64,000 bases of DNA from a virus (lineage: Duplodnaviria > Caudoviricetes): the IMG/VR virus record IMGVR_UViG_3300021256_004135, positions 1-64,000 of that record; one strand, 5' to 3'. The notes beneath the pieces are model-generated. The model ran no database searches and was not told the DNA's origin. It saw only the letters and a program-made list of their open reading frames with translations. Of this stretch, positions 1 to 7,132 are shown piece after piece. Within the stretch, counting starts at the first letter, position 1; each line of letters opens with the position of its first letter. Both the position numbers and the translations under genes were made by a program.

Positions 1-225
1 GTCAACCGCGACAAGGCCCGTCAGAACAACGGCTTCTGGCTTGGCCAGATCAGCGGCAGCTATCGCTTCAACGAGAGCCGCGACTTCGTGGAGAAGTACA
101 ACGAGATGGTGAAGAAGGTCACCGTCAAGGACCTCCAGCGTCTCGCCGCCAAGTATGTCAACCTGAACAACTACGTCGCCGTCTCCCTCCGTCCGGAGAA
201 CCCCGACGCCGGCAGCGCCGAATAA
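1..225 (+). CDS. 3' end of probable M16-family (PqqL-like) zinc peptidase, partial
   Basis: Open frame 1 to TAA at 223-225: ...QNNGFWLGQI...YNEMVKKVTVKDLQRLAAKYV..., resembling M16 peptidase C-termini. Confidence 0.6.
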   Translation, partial: VNRDKARQNNGFWLGQISGSYRFNESRDFVEKYNEMVKKVTVKDLQRLAAKYVNLNNYVAVSLRPENPDAGSAE

Positions 226-240
226 TATCGACCCCAACAG

Positions 241-275
241 CAATAGGGACGCGGATGCCTTCCGCGTCCCTATTG
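241..275 (+). terminator. Hairpin, probable intrinsic terminator
   Basis: Perfect 15-bp stem CAATAGGGACGCGGA / TCCGCGTCCCTATTG with a 5-nt loop. Confidence 0.7.
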
Positions 276-289
276 TTATAATTACCACT

Positions 290-1090
290 ATGAGAAATCC
301 CGAAACAAGCAAACACGACTACGGCCACGGGCTGTTGATAGCCGGAGCCTACGGACGCTGCGGCTGCGCCATTCTGGCCGCCAGGGCGGCGCTGCGGAGC
401 GGCTGCGGGCTGGTGAGTGTGCACCTTCCCGCGCGATGCGTCGACGCCATGCAGACGGCCTTCCCCGAGGCCATGGTGGACATCGATGCCGACGACAGGC
501 TCTTCACCTCTCCCCCAGCCCACCTGGAATACTATTCGGCATTGGCCATAGGTCCCGGTCTGGGCACCGATACCGCCACCCAGGAGGCCCTGCTGGCCAC
601 GCTCCGCGCCTGGCCGCAGAACAAGCCACTGATTCTAGACGCCGATGCGTTGAACATCATGGCCCTGAGACCCGACATCCTGGCTGCCGCCAGGGGGCGA
701 GCACTGCCCACGGTGGTCACCCCGCACGAGCGGGAATACCGCCGCCTCTTCGGCGAGAGGGCGGCAACAGAGGTGGCGAAGCAGGAGGGCATGATTGTGG
801 TGTGCAAGGCGCATCGCACCCGCATCTACGCCCCCGATGGCACTGTGACAGAGAATCATACAGGCAATGCCGGAATGGCGACAGCAGGGAGTGGCGATGT
901 GCTTACAGGAATACTGTTAGGCATTAGTGCACAGAAAAAGAGCAACTTATACGAATCAGTATGTTTGGGAGTGAGAATTCATGGCGAAATTGGGGACCAA
1001 GCGGTGGAAAAACAGTCGCAATCAAGCCTTGTGGCATCGGACATGGTAGAAAATTTACGACTGGTAGAAGTCGAATTTACAGACGATTAG
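290..1090 (+). CDS. nnrD: ADP-dependent NAD(P)H-hydrate dehydratase (YjeF C-terminal domain)
   Basis: HDYGHGLLIAG, AIGPGLG, LDADALN, TPHERE and MATAGSGDVLTG motifs. Confidence 0.9.
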   Translation: MRNPETSKHDYGHGLLIAGAYGRCGCAILAARAALRSGCGLVSVHLPARCVDAMQTAFPEAMVDIDADDRLFTSPPAHLEYYSALAIGPGLGTDTATQEALLATLRAWPQNKPLILDADALNIMALRPDILAAARGRALPTVVTPHEREYRRLFGERAATEVAKQEGMIVVCKAHRTRIYAPDGTVTENHTGNAGMATAGSGDVLTGILLGISAQKKSNLYESVCLGVRIHGEIGDQAVEKQSQSSLVASDMVENLRLVEVEFTDD

Positions 1091-1120
1091 AACAAGAAGA
1101 ATAAAATATTTCAAAAAAAA

Positions 1121-1152
1121 TTTGGTGGGAATTAAAAAAGTGTGTATCTTTG
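1121..1152 (+). promoter_or_regulatory. Bacteroidota sigma-A promoter of the tRNA
   Basis: -33 TTTG (1121-1124) and -7 TATCTTTG (1145-1152). Confidence 0.75.
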
Positions 1153-1184
1153 CACCCGATTTCGAAAGAGAAATCAACCAACAT

Positions 1185-1258
1185 TCCTCCTTAGCTCAGT
1201 TGGTTAGAGCACCTGACTGTTAATCAGGGGGTCGAAGGTTCAAGTCCTTCAGGGGGAG
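1185..1258 (+). tRNA. tRNA-Asn (GTT)
   Basis: Acceptor stem TCCTCCT/AGGGGGA, D arm AGCTCAGTTGGTTAGAGC, anticodon arm CCTGA-CTGTTAA-TCAGG, T loop GGTTCAAGTCC. Confidence 0.96.
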
Positions 1259-1264
1259 CAACTT

Positions 1265-1312
1265 AGCGCTGACAATCAGCGCTTTTTCTTTTTATGTACC
1301 CGTTTTGTACCC
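1265..1312. other. Probable att-junction signals
   Basis: Inverted repeat AGCGCTGA-CAA-TCAGCGCT just after the tRNA, then tandem TGTACCC at 1295 and 1306, like tyrosine-integrase arm sites. Confidence 0.55.
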
Positions 1313-1432
1313 ACTTTTGACAAAGTTAGATGAAACGGTAAGCGACTTACCGAGACGGATAACTGGAAAATGAACATGGTATAAGAAAGATTCTCTCACG
1401 TCAGAAAAAGTTAGTACCTTTGCAAATTGAAA

Positions 1433-1525
1433 ATGTTTCTGGGTGTACCGAAAGGAGCCTGGAAAGCCAGGAGAAAAGGTTGGCTTATGCCGCCGAAAAT
1501 CCACCGAGCGGAATTGCGGTTTTAG
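1433..1525 (+). CDS. Candidate 30-aa basic peptide (or structured sRNA)
   Basis: MFLGVPKGAWKARRKGWLMPPKIHRAELRF*, between promoter TACCTTTG (1415-1422) and a terminator. Confidence 0.35.
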   Translation: MFLGVPKGAWKARRKGWLMPPKIHRAELRF

Positions 1526-1535
1526 TCCGAAGCTC

Positions 1536-1572
1536 AACAAAAGAGGGGATGCAATTGCACCCCCTTTTGTTT
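1536..1572. terminator. Bidirectional intrinsic terminator
   Basis: AACAAAAGAGGGGATGCAATTGCACCCCCTTTTGTT hairpin between convergent units. Confidence 0.7.
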
Positions 1573-1592
1573 TATCCATGTACAAGGACTGG

Positions 1593-2213
1593 CTACACCC
1601 ACCCAATCTTCGGAGCCTTGCACACCTCTTTCTTGAAAACAAACCAAGCATAACTGACCGCGCTACCGCCACCCTCCTTCATACGCAGAAAGTTGCCGTT
1701 CTTGGCACACAGCAGTCGGTCGGTGAACTGGAACACATTGTGGAGATAGCCCTTCTTGAAGAGCCTCTCATACCTACCCTTGCCCTCCAGGGCCGTAGTC
1801 TTCAAAAGGAAGATGGCCGGACAGCCCTTGGGCAGCACATCAAGCGAATGCTCGATAAACTCCGTGGCGTACTTGTACGGCGGATTGGTGAGGATGCAGC
1901 AGTCGCCGTCACAGATATTGGGATAAGCATTCTCTTGGAGGAAGTCCATCCGCACATGGCCATAGCCACGGTCGGCGAGGTCGGAGCTGAACACCGTCCT
2001 TCCCTTCTCGATGAGCCGCTTGCTCAAATGACCCGCGCCGCAGGCACATTCCCACACATACTGCGGCACGTCATACACCTCCAGCAGCCGGTCGATGGCC
2101 ATAGGATCTGTCGCGTAATAATCTCCGTCGGCACGTTCCGAGAGCGTGTGATTGGATGCGCCAAGTGTCTTATAGACGGAATGGTATCCGCCAGTCCAGT
2201 CCTTGCCACTCAT
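1593..2213 (-). CDS. Phage DNA amino-methyltransferase (probably N6-adenine)
   Basis: DYYATDP, WECACGAG (motif I) and TNPPY (motif IV); start MSGKDW overlaps the upstream stop (ATGA). Confidence 0.8.
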   Translation of the reverse strand: MSGKDWTGGYHSVYKTLGASNHTLSERADGDYYATDPMAIDRLLEVYDVPQYVWECACGAGHLSKRLIEKGRTVFSSDLADRGYGHVRMDFLQENAYPNICDGDCCILTNPPYKYATEFIEHSLDVLPKGCPAIFLLKTTALEGKGRYERLFKKGYLHNVFQFTDRLLCAKNGNFLRMKEGGGSAVSYAWFVFKKEVCKAPKIGWV

Positions 2214-2602
2214 TTCCCTAACCTCCTTTTGATGAACTTCAACACCAACTTGCCTATCATATATATAATGACAGCCCATCCGATGTAGATGAGAGTCTGC
2301 TGTAGCCACGACAGTTTCTTCTCCACCTCCTTGACCACAGTCTTCGGCACCTCGACCGGCACCTCCTCCTTCATCCTCAACGTGTCGTGCAGCCATTCCA
2401 CATGGCTCTCGAAGATGCTGTCGTGGATGAAGACGGTGTCGCCGTTGATGGTACGTGTGTGCCAGCGGTCTATATAGGTGCTGTCATGCACCTCGCGCAC
2501 GGTGTAGGTGGTATCGTGGATGGGGATATACTCCGTCTGCTTGCAAGACGAAAGGGCGCATAAAAGGGCGCACAAAACAATTAGTTTTATATTCAATCTC
2601 AT
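2210..2602 (-). CDS. Putative unimolecular spanin
   Basis: Lipobox LSSC after a hydrophobic signal, plus a C-terminal TM helix; lies in the lysis cassette. Confidence 0.65.
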   Translation of the reverse strand: MRLNIKLIVLCALLCALSSCKQTEYIPIHDTTYTVREVHDSTYIDRWHTRTINGDTVFIHDSIFESHVEWLHDTLRMKEEVPVEVPKTVVKEVEKKLSWLQQTLIYIGWAVIIYMIGKLVLKFIKRRLGK

Positions 2603-2661
2603 AATTCTCAATGTATTAAAATGGCACATAAATCATTTTCGTGAGGTCACGAAAATGATAG

Positions 2662-3132
2662 TCAAACGACCTCCACGGTCACTTTCTCCCCTGTCTTCTG
2701 GCAGGCCAACACCCTTGCGGCCAGCGCGTCCATATAGATACGCTCTCCGTCGAGCCGTCCAAGGACATTGTTCTTGCCCAGAAGGATGCAGCCCTCGGAG
2801 TGGTCTGCCGTCATACCGTTATGGATGAGGATGCCGGTGAAGCCGCCCACACGGAGCAGCATAGGAGCGTAGCACTTGTGCTTCTCCCACCATTGGATGG
2901 TGCAGTCGTACAGACCCGTAGGGATGGCCGTCTTGCCGAAGTCTTTCTCTACATGACTGTTGTCGGACTTCACCCAGTAGCCGTTGGCACCACCAGTCGG
3001 AACAAAGGGCATCACCTGCGTGACACCTCTGTCGGTGTCCTCCAAGGAGTCGCAGAAATACTTGCCGTCGATATACACCTTGCCGATGGTGTAGTCGTTC
3101 TTCCTTGCCTTGCGTTCAATCTTGATTTTCAT
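2662..3132 (-). CDS. DUF5675-like putative endolysin
   Basis: YTIGKVYIDG..FCDSLED, TAIPTGLY and ILIHNG...HSEGCILLG motifs; lies between holin-like and spanin-like genes. Confidence 0.7.
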   Translation of the reverse strand: MKIKIERKARKNDYTIGKVYIDGKYFCDSLEDTDRGVTQVMPFVPTGGANGYWVKSDNSHVEKDFGKTAIPTGLYDCTIQWWEKHKCYAPMLLRVGGFTGILIHNGMTADHSEGCILLGKNNVLGRLDGERIYMDALAARVLACQKTGEKVTVEVV

Positions 3133-3158
3133 ATTGGTTTGGTTTTGGTTACATTCAT

Positions 3159-3530
3159 TCAATAGCCAGACTGTGGCTCACGGTCGCCGCACCCTCTCCT
3201 CATACAGAGCTTCACCTCGTTGGTGGCCTTGTATACCTTGAGTTCAGTGTTTTCCTCCACCTTGGCGTTGTATGCCTCTCGTTGCGTACCCAACTGGATA
3301 TAGAGGGCATCAATCTTCGCATCCTTCTCCGCGATGACGCGCTCCTTTTCCTGGCACGCCTCCTGCCGCTCGTCGGCGATGGCCTTCCAGCCGTCAGCCA
3401 CCTTCTGCATATTGTCGAGTTGCGCGGCCACGACATCCGTCTTGGCTTTCTTGATGATGCTGGGGAGCGTGGCAAGCGTCACCAACGTGCCGCCGCCTAT
3501 CAGTCCTATAAAAGTGTCAAGCCATTCCAT
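3159..3530 (-). CDS. Putative holin (N-terminal TM plus coiled coil)
   Basis: Single N-terminal hydrophobic segment; immediately upstream of the endolysin. Confidence 0.5.
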   Translation of the reverse strand: MEWLDTFIGLIGGGTLVTLATLPSIIKKAKTDVVAAQLDNMQKVADGWKAIADERQEACQEKERVIAEKDAKIDALYIQLGTQREAYNAKVEENTELKVYKATNEVKLCMRRGCGDREPQSGY

Positions 3531-3539
3531 AGCGCGTTA

Positions 3540-4196
3540 TTAAATAATACTGGAGACATATTCGGACATGGGAGTCATCGCCTTGGACAGACTTCCGTAG
3601 AACTTTCCGTAGGCATCCATAGCAACATCAGGCACGATGAATTTCCTTATATCCGAGGCGGTATATTCCGTGCTGTTTAAGGGGGGCGTGACTGGCTGCA
3701 TGATAAGTTCCCTGACATTCCCCTTCGCAAAGCAGCCGTCACCAATCACCATGATGCCGCTCGGTATGATGACCTTCTCCAGCACCAACTGTTTGAAAGC
3801 CTCATCGGGAATCTCGGCATTAGGGATGATGAACGAGGGATCGTTGAAGAGGAAGTCCACATAGACGGTGCCTGCAGGGGCGGAGATACGGTTGCCGATC
3901 TCCGCCACCTCTCCATCGATGGCCACATACTGCACGCACGACACATCACCGCTGTAGACCACAGTATCTTCCGCCAGTCCTTCGGGGAATACCAACCGCA
4001 CCACATAGTCAGAGACGAAGAGGTAGTTGTTTGTCACCTCAGTGGTGTTGTTTATCACCGTTGTGCCACCGCCGCCAGAACCAGAGCCGCTGCCGGAGGT
4101 GAGACCCTGCACGGTAAGGCCGACATTGGCCATGATGCGGTCGAACTCCCTCGCGTTGGGGATGGGTGCAATCTGTTTGGATTGTATAGTTCTCAT
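3540..4196 (-). CDS. Virion-associated protein with short BspA-type LRR region
   Basis: Gly/Ser linker and EIPDEAF..LEKVIIPSGIMVIGDGCF motif. Confidence 0.5.
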   Translation of the reverse strand: MRTIQSKQIAPIPNAREFDRIMANVGLTVQGLTSGSGSGSGGGGTTVINNTTEVTNNYLFVSDYVVRLVFPEGLAEDTVVYSGDVSCVQYVAIDGEVAEIGNRISAPAGTVYVDFLFNDPSFIIPNAEIPDEAFKQLVLEKVIIPSGIMVIGDGCFAKGNVRELIMQPVTPPLNSTEYTASDIRKFIVPDVAMDAYGKFYGSLSKAMTPMSEYVSSII

Positions 4197-4281
4197 ATTT
4201 ATTGACTTTTTGTCTTGGTGAAAGACGGCGGTATCGCTCCGCCGCCCTCCTGGTTATGGTTGGTTAGTGTGGGAAGTTCGG

Positions 4282-5397
4282 TTAGTAGTTCAGCGCGGCC
4301 ACGGCATCGGGGGCGGCCTGATAGGTCACGGCGATGTTGTCGTCTGGAGTCACTCCGCTTTCGGGAGAGAAAGTGACAACAATCTCGTTATTACTCTTAA
4401 CCACCTGATAGTCCTCAAGATAATTCTGGGAGACACCGTTCACAGCCACGATGAGACTGTTTCTGAATTGTTCTGGGTGGAATGCCGGCAAAGCGAACTT
4501 GGGGTGCGCAGACAGACTGACGACAGCCACTGTGTCGTTCATAGTGATTGCTCCATAGGCGATACCGTTGGGACCAGTTCCAGCCTTCTTGTCCTTGAAG
4601 ACCAGCGTATGCAGCACAGGGTGCTTAACGGTGGGGAAGTTGCCCTTGGTGATGGTCAGCACACCGTTGCTGTAAGATGCGCCGGTGATGACATCTCCGC
4701 TGCCGCTGATGGTCACGCTCTTGACGGGAAGGTCGCTCTCGGTGAACTTGAGTTTGCCGTTACTGTCCACCTCAATCTTGGAGATGAACTTGCCGGAGGT
4801 GAGGTTAAGGACGTTGTTGGTCGCGCCGCTGATGCCAACGATGGCACCAGTGAGGTTCTGCTCAACCACCACGAAGTTGGCGAGCATGGTCTCAATGGCT
4901 GCGGCGGTATTCAAACTGGAGGATGTGGGCAGAGTGAAGTCCTGCTTGGCGATGAGGTAGTCGTTCATTTGCACCGTGGTGGAAGTGCCGACGAGTTGAC
5001 GACCGGCGCGGAACTCCTGACCTTTCTTGACGGTGGTCTGTGCCGTGGGGAGGTCGCCCTGGAAGCCGATGTTCGGAATGTAAGTGGCCAGTTGCGCGCT
5101 GATGAGGCTATTTACGTTGAGGTTGTTGCTGTTGTACAACTCCGCGAGCGCACCACTCTCGTTGAGGATGATGTACTGCTTGGTGGTACTCCCCGACACT
5201 ACGGTCAGCACGTCACCCACGCAGGCCAACGCGCTGTTCTTGGCGAAGCCGTAGGCAGTGTTCACGCCGGTGTCCGAGGAGGAGCCGAGCGAGGTGAAGT
5301 ACAGGTCGGGATGGTCGGGAAGCGCGTTGAGGCGTTTTACGGAACGGTCAAGCGGCATCTTGCCGCTGGCAGGGATGGTGGTTATCTTCTGTGCCAT
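4282..5397 (-). CDS. Tail fibre-like structural protein
   Basis: 371 aa, S/T/G/N rich, in the tail module. Confidence 0.5.
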   Translation of the reverse strand: MAQKITTIPASGKMPLDRSVKRLNALPDHPDLYFTSLGSSSDTGVNTAYGFAKNSALACVGDVLTVVSGSTTKQYIILNESGALAELYNSNNLNVNSLISAQLATYIPNIGFQGDLPTAQTTVKKGQEFRAGRQLVGTSTTVQMNDYLIAKQDFTLPTSSSLNTAAAIETMLANFVVVEQNLTGAIVGISGATNNVLNLTSGKFISKIEVDSNGKLKFTESDLPVKSVTISGSGDVITGASYSNGVLTITKGNFPTVKHPVLHTLVFKDKKAGTGPNGIAYGAITMNDTVAVVSLSAHPKFALPAFHPEQFRNSLIVAVNGVSQNYLEDYQVVKSNNEIVVTFSPESGVTPDDNIAVTYQAAPDAVAALNY

Positions 5398-5430
5398 ATC
5401 TCTTTGTCTTTTTACTGGTTAAACATCGGG

Positions 5431-6429
5431 TTATTTGTTGAGGAACTGGATACCCACACGCATACCTGCGGGAAGTTCGGCGGGCTGCCACACCCATACG
5501 TCATAAGCCACGGCCTCGGCACCGTTGGCACCCTCCACGGAGAAGCCGTCCTTCTTGGAGAAAGAGCCAATGACAGCGTTAAGGGAGTCGGGCTGGGTGG
5601 CACGGAGGGTCTTCACAGCATCCTTGGGAGCGGCCACGATAACGCACTTGTCGCCTTCCTGGACAGTGATGATATGGCTCGGCGAGTTGTCATTCTCCGC
5701 AGAGCGCAGGATCGTGGAGGCCGGAGCGGTGCTGCCAGTGAGCTTGCGGATGAGGGCGGAGGTGATTCCAGAAGTGTCACTGGTACTGCCGTAGAAATAC
5801 TTACGGTAGGCGGTGACTTTCTTCGAGGTCACGCTGGGCGTGGTGCCTGCGGCGATGGCCAGCGCGGTGGCGTTGTTGCCGAGCTGGGTCTTGGGAGTAG
5901 CACCGGCGGTGTAGGTGGCGTTGGCCGACACTTGCAGGTAGTCACCATCCTCCAGCGTCTTGCCCGTGGAGGGGTCGATATTCGTTGCGGCACCCTTGTT
6001 CAGCAGTTTGCTGGAGGTCGTGCCGGAGCAGCCCGTGGCGGGGCCGAACTGGTAGGAGCCTGGGTTGAAGGTCACGGTCGGCGCAAAGACAACTTGCTCT
6101 CCCACCTCGCGGTACACATCGGCGGTGAGGCTGGCCTTATCCACCAGCGTGGTGCTTCCTGCCTTGGAAGTATACTTCGTGGACAGCGACACCGAGGGAG
6201 CGGTCACGGTGGGGTTGTTGTCCTTGGTGAAGATTTCCTGGAGCAGTTCCTGGATGGTCTTCGGAGTCACTCCGTCGGCCTTGAAGCGGCTGATGGTCTT
6301 GTAGGTCTTCCCGCTGTCGAAGTCGGCAGAGGTGATGGCACCCACAGCGGAGGTCACGACAAGGTCGCTCTCCATAAGCACCTGGTCGAGGTCCACGCTC
6401 TCAATCTGTTTTCCTTTGATTTTGTTCAT
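5431..6429 (-). CDS. Virion structural protein (beta-rich)
   Basis: 332 aa, T/A/S rich, in the tail module. Confidence 0.5.
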   Translation of the reverse strand: MNKIKGKQIESVDLDQVLMESDLVVTSAVGAITSADFDSGKTYKTISRFKADGVTPKTIQELLQEIFTKDNNPTVTAPSVSLSTKYTSKAGSTTLVDKASLTADVYREVGEQVVFAPTVTFNPGSYQFGPATGCSGTTSSKLLNKGAATNIDPSTGKTLEDGDYLQVSANATYTAGATPKTQLGNNATALAIAAGTTPSVTSKKVTAYRKYFYGSTSDTSGITSALIRKLTGSTAPASTILRSAENDNSPSHIITVQEGDKCVIVAAPKDAVKTLRATQPDSLNAVIGSFSKKDGFSVEGANGAEAVAYDVWVWQPAELPAGMRVGIQFLNK

Positions 6430-6473
6430 CGTTTTTCAGAATTTGGTTATTGATTCGGTTAATTGACGTTGTT

Positions 6474-6815
6474 CTAATCATTTGTTATGTCGGCCAGCAC
6501 ATACACCTCGTCATCCTTGGAGAGGCCGTCGATGGCTATCCCCTGGCACTCACCCTCTCCGACTACTATCTCCTCGTAGTCATCCCCTCCGCCCCAGTAG
6601 CGCACACCGTTGATGAAGACCACGCTGCTGCCTGCCACGAACTTCTCGCGGCTGCGCCATTCACCACCGTCGCGGCTCTCCTCGGTGAGTACCGACTTGC
6701 CGCCGGCGGCTCCCACACGCTCGTCGACATACCGCTTCGTTGCGTAGTTGTTGAGCAGGGCGCGCACATCGCCCGACATTCTTCCTTTTCTTCCGCTTCC
6801 TATATTCAGTCCCAT
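6474..6815 (-). CDS. Hypothetical tail-region protein
   Basis: In-operon ORF with YATKRYVD and VFINGV motifs. Confidence 0.5.
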   Translation of the reverse strand: MGLNIGSGRKGRMSGDVRALLNNYATKRYVDERVGAAGGKSVLTEESRDGGEWRSREKFVAGSSVVFINGVRYWGGGDDYEEIVVGEGECQGIAIDGLSKDDEVYVLADITND

Positions 6816-6821
6816 AGCGCG

Positions 6822-7109
6822 TTAGAATTTAGGGTTTCCTGCTCCCCAGTAGACATCGTACTTGTCGAGCGGTATAGCGTCGGGGGCGAGTTCCATTATG
6901 GCCGCAGTCGTCCAGTCACCCACGGCAACTGGGAGGTCACTCATCTCCTTGTCGCACATGCAGCGGCAGCGGACGAGCATATCATCGGGGTACTCCACGC
7001 CCTCCTTCGGGCGTATATAAATGCTGAACGGATATTCAGTCTTGTAGCCTCTGGCGAGGCTCTCTATCCTTCCGTGGGATAGCACTCTGGTGTATTGGAA
7101 ATCTGCCAT
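6822..7109 (-). CDS. Hypothetical phage protein
   Basis: In-operon 95-aa ORF. Confidence 0.55.
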   Translation of the reverse strand: MADFQYTRVLSHGRIESLARGYKTEYPFSIYIRPKEGVEYPDDMLVRCRCMCDKEMSDLPVAVGDWTTAAIMELAPDAIPLDKYDVYWGAGNPKF

Positions 7110-7132
7110 ACTCTATATATTATATGTATTAT

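Noticed and set aside
1430-1535. Self-cleaving ribozyme
   Set aside because: GAAA-type loops are present, but no hammerhead CUGANGA core or other recognisable ribozyme consensus.
1443-2288. 281-aa plus-strand ORF
   Set aside because: Antisense to the methyltransferase and crosses a terminator.
4267-6453. 728-aa plus-strand ORF, and similar long ORFs at 7124, 17881, 23780, 25058, 48979 and 54732
   Set aside because: Antisense shadows of GC3-rich minus-strand phage genes, with no recognisable motifs.
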